Shown here piece after piece: positions 10,318 to 19,502 of a DNA stretch of 38,353 nt. The DNA lies in contig JBFFTH010000001.1 of NCBI GenBank assembly GCA_041571855.1, positions 1-38,353 of the forward strand. The letters are read 5' to 3'. The position numbers were made by a program, and so were the translations under genes. Under the pieces are notes generated by a model that saw only the letters and a list, made by a program, of their open reading frames with translations, did no database searches and was not told the origin of the DNA. Source of the stretch: Porticoccaceae bacterium. GTDB taxonomy: Bacteria; Pseudomonadota; Gammaproteobacteria; Pseudomonadales; Porticoccaceae. Numbering within the stretch: the stretch's first letter is position 1; every line of letters starts with the position of its first letter.

Positions 10318-11778
10318 ATGAGTGAGGAAATCATTGTAGGGGGCTATGGCGAAGGCAGCGTTCCCCTGAAACTGGAGTATGCCAATCGACATGGACTGAT
10401 TGCCGGCGCCACAGGAACCGGTAAAACCGTTACCGTACAGGTGTTGGCGGAAGAGTTTTCCCGGCGCGGCGTTCCTGTTTTTGTCTCTGACGTCAAGGGC
10501 GATTTATCCGGCCTGGGCGCGGCGGGCAAGCCACACCCAAAAATCTCCGAAAGGGTGGACTACATCAAGCTGGCTGATTATTCGGCCCGCAGTTTTCCGG
10601 TCAGGTTCTGGGATGTGCTGGGCAAGAACGGTACGCCAGTGCGATTGACCGTCTCCGAGATGGGTCCACAGTTGCTGTCGAGGCTGCTGGATCTGAATGA
10701 TGCGCAGGAAAGCCTGCTGGCACTGGTTTTTTCTTTCGCCGACCAGGAGGGCATGTTGCTGCTGGATGTCGATGATCTGAAAACGACACTGGACTACCTC
10801 TCTGAACACGCCAATGACCTGCAGGCTGGTTATGGCAACATCTCCAAGGCCTCGATCAATGCTATCCAGCGCAAGCTGTTGATGTTTGAAGGGGATGGTG
10901 GAGACACCTTCTTCGGCGAGCCGGCTATCCAGTTGGAAAACTTTTTTTGCTGCGATTCGCAGGGCAATGGCGTGGTCAATGTGTTCGACGCCCGGTCACT
11001 GTCAAGCAACCAGCGCATTTACACCGCGTTTTTGCTCTGGCTGCTTTCGGAGATGTTTGAATCCCTGCCTGAGCGGGGTGAGGCAGATCGGCCTATTGCC
11101 GTTTTTTTCTTCGACGAAGCGCACCTGCTTTTTAAGGGCACGCCGAAAATCTTTCTGGAAAAAATTGAACAGGTTATTCGCCTGATTCGCTCCAAGGGCG
11201 TTGGTATTTATTTTATCAGCCAGTCGCCTGCCGACATTCCTGATGAGGTGCTCGGTCAGCTGGGCAACCGTTTCCAGCACGCCTTGCGCGCCTACACGCC
11301 AAAAGAACGAAAAGCCGTGCGGGTTGCGGCGCAGTCTTTCCGGGAAAACCCGGCGCTGGATACTGAAACGGTTATTGGCGAGCTGGGGGTTGGCGAAGCA
11401 TTGGTTTCTGTACTGGGAGACAAGGGTGTCCCCTCGATCGTCCAGCGTACACTGATCCGGCCACCGGCATCGAGAATTGGGCCTCTCAGTGACATTGAGC
11501 GAGCAAGCTATATTCAGAAGAATCCCTATGAAAGCGAGTACAGGCAGCCTGTTGACAGGGTTTCCGCCCATGAACTGTTACTGGAAAGGGCCAAAAAACG
11601 GCAGCAGCAAGAAGAGCTCGCAGCTGGCAAAAAGGTGAAAACCAGGGCTTCAGGGCAGAGCAGGTCGCGGGAAACAGTAGGGGAGGCATTTATGAAAAGC
11701 ATGGCGCGCAGCCTGGGAAGTGCATCGGGGAGGAGAATACTTCGAGGTGTCTTGGGCTCTATTTTAAAAGGCAAGTGA
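10318..11778 (+). CDS. DUF853 / HerA-like P-loop ATPase (YjgR family)
   Basis: 486 aa. Walker A GATGTGKT, Walker B-like VFFFDEAHLLF. Basic C-terminal tail. Resembles E. coli YjgR from memory. Confidence 0.8.
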   Translation: MSEEIIVGGYGEGSVPLKLEYANRHGLIAGATGTGKTVTVQVLAEEFSRRGVPVFVSDVKGDLSGLGAAGKPHPKISERVDYIKLADYSARSFPVRFWDVLGKNGTPVRLTVSEMGPQLLSRLLDLNDAQESLLALVFSFADQEGMLLLDVDDLKTTLDYLSEHANDLQAGYGNISKASINAIQRKLLMFEGDGGDTFFGEPAIQLENFFCCDSQGNGVVNVFDARSLSSNQRIYTAFLLWLLSEMFESLPERGEADRPIAVFFFDEAHLLFKGTPKIFLEKIEQVIRLIRSKGVGIYFISQSPADIPDEVLGQLGNRFQHALRAYTPKERKAVRVAAQSFRENPALDTETVIGELGVGEALVSVLGDKGVPSIVQRTLIRPPASRIGPLSDIERASYIQKNPYESEYRQPVDRVSAHELLLERAKKRQQQEELAAGKKVKTRASGQSRSRETVGEAFMKSMARSLGSASGRRILRGVLGSILKGK

Positions 11779-12124
11779 GTTCAGTCATTGGCTGCCCGGG
11801 TATTGCAACCCCCGGGCGTTAATAACAAGGCAGCGTCTTGCACTGAACCGTATAGAACCTTTATTGTCCCCGGCACAGAAGCAAAGCGGATAACGCACTG
11901 CTGAAAGCCAAAAACCCATCCCGGGGGTTGAAAGACAAACCCATGGCTCGCTGAGTCGACTTGCCAGATGGAATAAATCGCCATCCTGTTTCTGTTTTCA
12001 TGGCTGATATCTGCTGCGCCTTTGAGCCGGCTACTACTTGCCCTCTCGTTTTGTCTTAAAATATTTACCTAACCCGGCGTCTTTGAGAGCGCTGATCCAC
12101 GAGCAACCCTATACAAAACCCGTC

Positions 12125-12856
12125 ATGCGCAACATACGAATCTACACCAACCAACCACTTGCCAGCGGACAGGAAGCCAAGCTGGATACCCAGGCCTCCC
12201 GCCATCTTGTTTCCGTGCTGCGCATGACGGCTGGGAACCCGGCAACCCTGTTCAATGGTTCGGGCGGCGAGTTTCAGGCCACCCTGCTCACTGCCGACAG
12301 CAAAAGCTGCATCGTTTCGGTTGGCGATTTCCGTGACAAAGAATCGGAATCACCGCTCTGCATCCACCTCGGCATCGGCATCTCCAGGGGCGATCGCATG
12401 GACTGGGTGGTGCAAAAAGCCACTGAACTGGGCGTCAGCCGAATCACCCCGCTCTATACCGAGAGAACCGAGGTCAGGCTGAAAGGTGATCGTGAAGCAA
12501 AGAAATTGCGCCACTGGCAGCAGATTAGCATCAGCGCCTGCGAACAATGCGGTCGCAACAGGTTACCTGAAATAGACCCCCCGCAATTACTGTCCAGCTG
12601 GTTAGCGGCCGCGGAGGGCGACCGAAAATTTATTCTGCATCACCGCGCCGAGGTAATGCCGGATGCAACAGCGGCCAAGCCCGGTCGCGTGGTTTTGCTG
12701 GTAGGCCCGGAAGGCGGTTTCAGCGAAAGCGAAGTTCTCCGCGCAGGGGATGCCCGCTTTCGGGGGATGAAACTGGGTCCGAGAGTATTGCGAACGGAAA
12801 CAGCCCCCCTGGCTGCCATCAGCATTTTGCAGGCCCGCTGGGGTGACATGGGCTGA
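12125..12856 (+). CDS. rsmE: 16S rRNA (uracil1498-N3)-methyltransferase
   Basis: MRNIRIYTNQPL.., GISRGDRMDWVVQKATELGV, LLVGPEGGFSESEV. 243 aa from the ATG at 12125, the usual RsmE length. The TTG at 12038 in the ORF track looks like an artefact. Confidence 0.9.
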   Translation: MRNIRIYTNQPLASGQEAKLDTQASRHLVSVLRMTAGNPATLFNGSGGEFQATLLTADSKSCIVSVGDFRDKESESPLCIHLGIGISRGDRMDWVVQKATELGVSRITPLYTERTEVRLKGDREAKKLRHWQQISISACEQCGRNRLPEIDPPQLLSSWLAAAEGDRKFILHHRAEVMPDATAAKPGRVVLLVGPEGGFSESEVLRAGDARFRGMKLGPRVLRTETAPLAAISILQARWGDMG

Positions 12857-12979
12857 GAAAGGAACAGCCTATCCACGCGTTTTTGCCGGCTGCGGGACTT
12901 TGCCGCTACAACTGATTTCAGGCTTTTCGATCAGGGCTGGATTAAGCCTACAGAATCACTTGCGACCAGGGGTGCCGGC

Positions 12980-13486
12980 TCAGTCCCTGAGCTCGGGAAT
13001 TTCATCCCGGCAGCGGCGTTCAATCTCAGCGAAGTCGGGCACGATAAACTGCTCATCTGCCCGGACAAAGCGCAACAGGCTCGGCAACCCCTCGAAGCGA
13101 CTGCCGACATTCTCCAGGGACTGCAGTTCATCTTCCTGCCTTATGGCAAATGAGCGCGGCAACACGGGGACAAAAAGGGCATAAAATGGCAGTTTTTCGT
13201 CTTCGTTACAGATACTGTTGATCACCAGCGCATTGGCATGCCAGGGCAATGGCGTCTTGTCCAATCCCAGCATTTTCTCGTAGGACAACATGGGGACATA
13301 CTGCTCGCGCCAATGCAGCCAGCCATACATCCACTCGGGCTGGCCTGACGATGGTTTTGGTGTCACTTGTCTTACCGCCTCAGCCACTGCAGCGACGGGC
13401 AGCAACAGGCTGGCGCCATCAATATCGACAACAAGGCCGGAAAAAACCTGGGACTTTTCCGCTATTGTTAAAACCTGCTGACCCAT
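12980..13486 (-). CDS. chpC: CheW-like coupling protein of the Pil-Chp system
   Basis: Single CheW-like domain, immediately downstream of chpA. The ATG at 13486 has an AGGAG RBS 8 nt upstream and gives 168 aa, similar to ChpC. Confidence 0.8.
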   Translation of the reverse strand: MGQQVLTIAEKSQVFSGLVVDIDGASLLLPVAAVAEAVRQVTPKPSSGQPEWMYGWLHWREQYVPMLSYEKMLGLDKTPLPWHANALVINSICNEDEKLPFYALFVPVLPRSFAIRQEDELQSLENVGSRFEGLPSLLRFVRADEQFIVPDFAEIERRCRDEIPELRD

Positions 13487-13632
13487 GCCGCTTTCTCCTG
13501 CTGCTTTTCCAATTTTTGTCACTGCCGCACCAGTACGCTGAATCCGGACTCGTCATGCCACCCGGATGACAGCAGCCTGCCTCCACTGGCATAGCTATCG
13601 GGAAGCGATAGCGTCCGGCAATGGGCGATCGA

Positions 13633-16600
13633 CTATGCCGTCACCGGATTCATCACTTCATCGATAGCCTGCAGCAGCACTTCTTCCTGGTAGGGCTTGC
13701 CGAGATAGTTTTTGACGCCGAGCGCCATCGCCCGTTGACGGTGCTTTTCACCGGTACGAGAAGTAATCATGATAACCGGGATTTCACGAAATTCCGGGTT
13801 GTTGTGCAGGCGGGTCGCCACCTCAAAACCGTCCATTCTCGGCATTTCGATATCCAGCAGAATTACATCCGGCGTATGCTCCTGCAGCACCCGCATGGCA
13901 TCGACACCATCCTTGGCCGTGACAACGTGGAAGCCCTCCCGTGTCAGGAGGCGACCGGTGACCTTTCTTACCGTTACCGAATCATCGACCACCAGCACCG
14001 TTTGCAGCGAATTTTGTGATCCGGCCTGACGATCCGGCTGCCCCTGGCCCAGAAGCTCGACCCCTGCCAGCACTTTCACTGAAGCCCGCAACAGCGCCAG
14101 CAGGTCGAGAATGACCACCACTGTGCCATCGCCCCGAATGGTTGCCCCGGACAAGCCGGGCACAGCACTGAATTGCCTGCCCAGTCCTTTCACCACCACC
14201 TCTGTACTCTCGAGCAACTCATCGACCTGTACCGCGTAAAGCCGGTTTTCGGAATGCACCAGGATCATGGCCACGGATGGCTGGTGCAGGTTAACGGTTG
14301 GCAGCACGCCTTCTTTCAGCAGGCTGCCGAGATGGCGAACCTGGTACTTGCTCCCTGCATACTCCATTCGCGCATCGGGGTAGCGGTAATAGTGTTCAAG
14401 CTCTGCCGAGTTGATTCTGATCACGCCGCCAATGCTGTTCAGCGGCAGCGCATAGATATCTTCGCCAGCCCGGACCATAAGCGCGCGGTTGACCGAGACC
14501 GTAAAGGGAAGGCGGATAGTAAAGCAGGAGCCCTGCCCGGCCTGTGTTTCAGTTTCAATGGCGCCGCCCAACTGCCTGATCTGACTGTTGACCACGTCCA
14601 TACCGACACCGCGTCCGGACACCTGGCTGATTTTTTCCGCCGTGCTCAGCCCGGATTGAAAGATAAACTGAATGACCTCCTGATCTTCCAGGTGGGCATC
14701 TTCATCCACCAACCCCAGGGACACTGCCTTGTTGCGAATAGCTTCAAGGTTGAGACCCCGACCGTCATCGGCCATCCGGATCAGGATGTCGCCTCCCTCA
14801 CGTTTCATACCGATAGAGATTACCCCCTCTTCCGGCTTACCCAGGCGACTTCTTTCATCGGCGGGTTCAATGCCGTGATCGAGGGAGTTGCGCAACAGGT
14901 GTTCCAGCGGTGACATCACATTTTCCATCACGTTGCGGTCTATCTCGCCCTCGACATAATCCACCCTGAGGCGAACCCGCTTGTTCAGTTCAACACTGAG
15001 CTGTCGCACCATACGGCGCAAACGAGGCACCATGCGCGAAAATGGCACCAGGCGGGTTTGCATCATGCTTTCCTGCAAATCCGTGTTGATCCGTCCCTGC
15101 TCTATCAGCAACGCCTCGACCCCCCGAGACTTTTCTGCCAGGGTGGACTTGAGATCGGTTATGTCCGATACCGACTCCAGCAGGCTTCTGGAAAGTTGTT
15201 GCAACTGTGAATAGTGGTCCAGTTCCAGGGGATCAAAGCCCTCGTTTTTGCTGGCATCCAGCTGCTCCTGGCGGAACGTTATCTGTGCATCGGTTTCCAC
15301 CCCGATGCGGCGCACCTGATCCTGCAGGCGGCGAATGGTAGACTCCATCTCATCCAGCGCAGCACTGAATTCGGAGATTTTTTGTATGATGCGGCTTCTG
15401 GCAATACTTGTTTCACCGGCCAGATTGATCAGTTTCTCGAGCTTTTTCGCCGCCACCTTGATCATTTCATGCTGGACAACCCTCGGTTTTTGAACCTGCG
15501 CTGCTTCGCGCCGGGTGGGCTCCAAATCCTTCACCGACTGCACGGCACGGGCAATCTCATGCAGTGCATCCGGGGCTGCCGTGTCTGCAGGGATCGGCTC
15601 TTCGGCGACCGGGGCCGGAGCCGAGGCCTGGGTGTCGCCAGTGGCGAGAAAATCCTTCGCCACCTGCAGCAGCTTCAGCAAGTTGGATTGCTGCTGCTCA
15701 TAGGCTGAAAAATCTTCTTGCGCTGGCATTTTCCCTGCCAGCATCAAGCGATCTATGCTGTCTTCAAAAGCATGCCCCATGTCACCCAGTTGTTGCAGGC
15801 TCGCCATTCTTGCCCCACCCTTCAAGGTGTGCAGCGATCTTTTGAGCTGTTCCGGAAGGCTGGCATTAGCGGGCTCTTGGGACCAGGCGCTCAATGCCTG
15901 ATCCATTTCCTCCAACAGTTCGTCGCCCTCTTCGATAAAAGTTTGCAGAATGTCCCGGTCAATGTCTGCAGCATCCAGGGGCTCAATAACCAGTTCTTCG
16001 GCTTCCCCTTTCTGCGGAGCAGTTGTCGATTGCGCCATCAGCTCCCCAAGCAGCCGGATCAGATCAGGATCCGGTTCTCCGCAGGGCTGCCTGGCAGCAA
16101 TTTTATCCACCATGTTAAGCAGGGTTTCATGGGCTCGTTTCAGCGCTTCAATTAGCTCATCGGTTGGCTCAAGGCTGCCGGCAATAACACGATCATAGAC
16201 AGCGTTTAACTGTGCGGCTGTCTCAACAAGCACATTGGACCCTGCTGACTCTGCAGCGGCCTGCAACTGCCCCAGTTCATCCCGCAGGGCTTGCACACCA
16301 TCGATGATATCCGGATGCTCTCGCCAGGCATGTAGCAGGGATTCCGATTCCAATAACTGCTGCATACCACCGATCATCATTTGATGAAGGGCAGAGGGAT
16401 CGGCACTTTCCGGCTTCGGCGAAGCTTTATCACTGCCGGCGAGGGGCGCAACAACGCCGCTGTAGAGCTCATCGAGGCGCATCAAAAAGCTCTCCAGTTC
16501 TGGTATAACTACCGGTCTCCGATGATCAATTTGCTCCAGGCAGTGATTCAGGTGAGAAACGGCATCGGCCAGCAACTGCACTATTTCCTCATTCGCTGGC

Positions 16601-19272
16601 AGCTGGAATTTGTACAGTTGCTTGACCAGTTTTTCCAGCGGCACCACCAGTTGTCCGATGGTTTCGATGCCCGCCATCAGGGCACTTCCCTTCAAGGTGT
16701 GCAGCGCACGCTGGGTTTCACTGGGCGGACAGGTATAGAGTGGTGCTTCCCTCTGCTGCTCACTGATATATTCTGAAACTGCCCGTATATGCTGCCTGGC
16801 TTCGCTGGCGAAGATCTCCAGCAGTTCATGGTCTTCTTCGCCTTCTGCTGCCGCAAGGCGGTGCTGGCCATCCTCGCCTGCATTCCCTGTTCCGACATCA
16901 GGCGCAGGCTCCTCGCCAACAGCCGGGGCAAAACGGATGCTTTCCGCAGCGTCATCCTCAACCGTGTCTTCAGTCGCATCAACGCAGCTGTGATCGGTTT
17001 CAACCTCCTTCAACTCTGGCTCGGCTGGAGGCGAAAACATCACCTGCTCACCTCTGGCCAGGGCATCGGCGCAGTCGATCAGAGACAGAACCTGATCACT
17101 TTTTTGGGTGTTTTTTGTCTGTTCAAACTGCCTGATCATGAGCGGAATTTCCGCTCTGGCAGCGGCAATCAGCTCTGGAATAACTGCCGATTCTTCCAGC
17201 TGTTTTGCCAACACCCTGTTGAGAAGATTCTCAATGGCCCAGCACAAATCGCCGACATGATCTGCACCCACCATGCGGCCGCTGCCCTTGAGGGTGTGAA
17301 AGCAGCGGCGAATCTCTTCGAGCGCTGTTTCATCGCCGGAGTTCTCCGCCCAGGCAGCACAATACTGATCCATCGCTTCCAGCACTTCCGCCGCCTCATC
17401 GATAAAGACCTCGAGTATCTCCGGATCCACAGGCTCCTCGACAGGCTCGGTTGCAGCGCCTTCAGTGCCGGCTGATTCTGCAATGGCTTCCGACCCATGG
17501 CTTTCAGCCAGATCCGACGCCAGACCTGTAATCGCGGGTTCAACATCTTGCTGAACTGGCTCTGCTGTCTCACTTGCCTGTTCTGGCTCTTGCTCCGAAT
17601 AACCCAGTGCGACGACACTTTTTTCGGCCATTGCCAAAATCGCATCACCCTCACCGGCATCACGGGGGCCAATATGCTCGAGGTAATACTCCACACTGGT
17701 GATGGCGTCTGCCAACGCATCAAGACTGTTCCAGTCGGGCACAAAGCCACCGGAAATCAGCTGTTCGTGCAAGTAACGATTACAGTTTCTCAGCACGTTG
17801 CGGGCACGGGTCAGGGATATCATGTCAAGCCCGCCGGCAACATTTTCAATCAGGGGAGGAATCTTTTTCAGGTGCTCGCGATTCCATTGCGAGGCTATAA
17901 ATTCGACGATTTGCTCTTTTGCCGCTTCCAGTTCATTACGGGATTCATGCAGCAGCGCCTGCTGAGCTCTGCCAAGCTCGGCGCCGGCAGAGTCATCGTC
18001 GCTCTCGATAGCAGCGATGTCACTGTCACCGGCGAGCCAGGACTGCAGGCCGATTTCGACCTCTACCACCCTGGTCGCAAGCTCTGCAAAATTATCCGTG
18101 GTTGGCTCCCGTGTGCCTTCGATACTCTCGCCGAGAACCGCTGACACCGATTTCAACTTCTCCCGCAGGGATGCCGCACCTACAAGGGCCAGGGAATCGG
18201 AAATTCGCTCAATTCTCTGGGCAGCCTCCTCCAGCTGAGTCGGCTCATGACTCCCCTGCATCACGATGCGCTCAATCCGATCCTTGATCTCATTGAGCTC
18301 TGCGCTGAGTTCAGAAACAATATTTTCAGCCACCTCAGGCTGAAACAGAAAGGCCGCTTTTTGACTGTCAGCCAGGACGCCCTCCGGCATTGCCCTGTCG
18401 AGCTGATACTTTTCTCTAACCTGGGCTGAATAGGCGCCGTCGCTGTGACCATGAGCGACGTAGAACAACAGGTTCTTGATCAGTGCCTCTTCGGGCTTTT
18501 TCCGAAAGGCAGGCAGGCCGAGTTCCAGCAGTTGCTTAAGTTGTGAGTCAAGCGAACGCAGCAGCATTTTCACCGCGGCGCCAACGGCTATGTTGCGATC
18601 CTTCAGGTTCTCAAGGAAGGCATTTGCCACCAGCCAAAGCGCACTCTGTTCCGTGCCCTGACTCAACTCCTGCAGTCGTAAAAAAACTTTACTGAGATAC
18701 CCGAGGTTTTCATCGAGCTTGCCATTTTTAATCACGCCCAGCACGGCAAATTGATACATTTGCCTTAATTTTCGTAGCAGGTTCTTCAGCGCCTCGTCAC
18801 GGGGCATGGGCAACGCACCGGCACCTGATATCGGCGGCTGGTTCAACATCGGGGCAAACAGGGGGCCCTCGGAAACCAGCGGCCGCCTGCGCACCGATCT
18901 CAACTCATTGAGTAGCAGCAACAATGCCTCCGGCTTGTCCTTGCCTGAAGCAATCACATCCCTGATATAAGCAGGCAGCCATAAAATGGCTTGCACCAGC
19001 ACTTCACCGGCTTCATCAATACTGCTGACTTCTCTGCTGTGAATCTGCCCGGCGAGTAACTCCATTTCTTCGGATAAAATCAGCGGCCCATTGCATCCAG
19101 CAAGAACGAGAGCACCGTGCACCTGATGAAGATGATCCAAGCAAAAACGAATCTGTGACTCATCCTCCGGCTCGCTGAGATAGGCCTCCAGTAATTCCGA
19201 CGCGTGCTGCAGGCTGACCTCGATCTGTTCAACCAGCCAGTCCAGACCTTTCAGGTTTTGCCTTACTTCCAT
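13633..19272 (-). CDS. chpA: hybrid CheA-type histidine kinase ChpA/PilL (multi-Hpt, HATPase, CheW, C-terminal receiver)
   Basis: 1879 aa. Three canonical Hpt motifs (CFHTLKGSGRMVGA, ALHTLKGSALMAGI, SLHTLKGGARMASL) plus an N-terminal HQVHGALVLAG variant. Kinase core (LLRNSLDHGIE, DDGRGL, GRGVGMD). A CheW-like domain. A C-terminal REC domain (VLVVDDS..DIEMPRMDG..K). Confidence 0.95.
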   Translation of the reverse strand: MEVRQNLKGLDWLVEQIEVSLQHASELLEAYLSEPEDESQIRFCLDHLHQVHGALVLAGCNGPLILSEEMELLAGQIHSREVSSIDEAGEVLVQAILWLPAYIRDVIASGKDKPEALLLLLNELRSVRRRPLVSEGPLFAPMLNQPPISGAGALPMPRDEALKNLLRKLRQMYQFAVLGVIKNGKLDENLGYLSKVFLRLQELSQGTEQSALWLVANAFLENLKDRNIAVGAAVKMLLRSLDSQLKQLLELGLPAFRKKPEEALIKNLLFYVAHGHSDGAYSAQVREKYQLDRAMPEGVLADSQKAAFLFQPEVAENIVSELSAELNEIKDRIERIVMQGSHEPTQLEEAAQRIERISDSLALVGAASLREKLKSVSAVLGESIEGTREPTTDNFAELATRVVEVEIGLQSWLAGDSDIAAIESDDDSAGAELGRAQQALLHESRNELEAAKEQIVEFIASQWNREHLKKIPPLIENVAGGLDMISLTRARNVLRNCNRYLHEQLISGGFVPDWNSLDALADAITSVEYYLEHIGPRDAGEGDAILAMAEKSVVALGYSEQEPEQASETAEPVQQDVEPAITGLASDLAESHGSEAIAESAGTEGAATEPVEEPVDPEILEVFIDEAAEVLEAMDQYCAAWAENSGDETALEEIRRCFHTLKGSGRMVGADHVGDLCWAIENLLNRVLAKQLEESAVIPELIAAARAEIPLMIRQFEQTKNTQKSDQVLSLIDCADALARGEQVMFSPPAEPELKEVETDHSCVDATEDTVEDDAAESIRFAPAVGEEPAPDVGTGNAGEDGQHRLAAAEGEEDHELLEIFASEARQHIRAVSEYISEQQREAPLYTCPPSETQRALHTLKGSALMAGIETIGQLVVPLEKLVKQLYKFQLPANEEIVQLLADAVSHLNHCLEQIDHRRPVVIPELESFLMRLDELYSGVVAPLAGSDKASPKPESADPSALHQMMIGGMQQLLESESLLHAWREHPDIIDGVQALRDELGQLQAAAESAGSNVLVETAAQLNAVYDRVIAGSLEPTDELIEALKRAHETLLNMVDKIAARQPCGEPDPDLIRLLGELMAQSTTAPQKGEAEELVIEPLDAADIDRDILQTFIEEGDELLEEMDQALSAWSQEPANASLPEQLKRSLHTLKGGARMASLQQLGDMGHAFEDSIDRLMLAGKMPAQEDFSAYEQQQSNLLKLLQVAKDFLATGDTQASAPAPVAEEPIPADTAAPDALHEIARAVQSVKDLEPTRREAAQVQKPRVVQHEMIKVAAKKLEKLINLAGETSIARSRIIQKISEFSAALDEMESTIRRLQDQVRRIGVETDAQITFRQEQLDASKNEGFDPLELDHYSQLQQLSRSLLESVSDITDLKSTLAEKSRGVEALLIEQGRINTDLQESMMQTRLVPFSRMVPRLRRMVRQLSVELNKRVRLRVDYVEGEIDRNVMENVMSPLEHLLRNSLDHGIEPADERSRLGKPEEGVISIGMKREGGDILIRMADDGRGLNLEAIRNKAVSLGLVDEDAHLEDQEVIQFIFQSGLSTAEKISQVSGRGVGMDVVNSQIRQLGGAIETETQAGQGSCFTIRLPFTVSVNRALMVRAGEDIYALPLNSIGGVIRINSAELEHYYRYPDARMEYAGSKYQVRHLGSLLKEGVLPTVNLHQPSVAMILVHSENRLYAVQVDELLESTEVVVKGLGRQFSAVPGLSGATIRGDGTVVVILDLLALLRASVKVLAGVELLGQGQPDRQAGSQNSLQTVLVVDDSVTVRKVTGRLLTREGFHVVTAKDGVDAMRVLQEHTPDVILLDIEMPRMDGFEVATRLHNNPEFREIPVIMITSRTGEKHRQRAMALGVKNYLGKPYQEEVLLQAIDEVMNPVTA

Positions 19273-19502
19273 CTGTTGTCTCGAGCCATGGTTACTGCAG
19301 TCTCCACAACATTATGCCGCCCGGATATGATCACAAACACCTTCGCCAGAAGCTCGCCCGAGAGGGGCAACGGCGAGCAGCAAGGCGCAGGCGAGCGCGA
19401 CACGAGGGCAATTACCCTGCAGCACTGCGACAATGCCGAAACACTCTGCAACTGAGCAACTTTTAGCCCCGGAGTCATCTCTCACTCGCACACTTGCCGG
19501 AA

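Noticed and set aside
13621-19455. Many plus-strand ORFs of 60-246 aa (e.g. 14173-14913, 16789-17475, 17497-18144) and an out-of-frame minus-strand ORF (17169-17750) inside chpA
   Set aside because: They are antisense or out-of-frame shadows of a strongly supported 1879-aa gene. Their translations are Arg/Gly/His-rich and protein-unlike, as expected in GC-biased coding DNA.
19263-19478. A 71-aa minus-strand ORF and an 83-aa plus-strand ORF in the pilJ-chpA spacer, considered as possible pilK remnants
   Set aside because: The translations are Cys/Ser/Leu-rich with no CheR-like motif and no RBS. The minus-strand ORF overlaps the chpA start. They are treated as non-coding, and the absence of pilK is reported as a finding.
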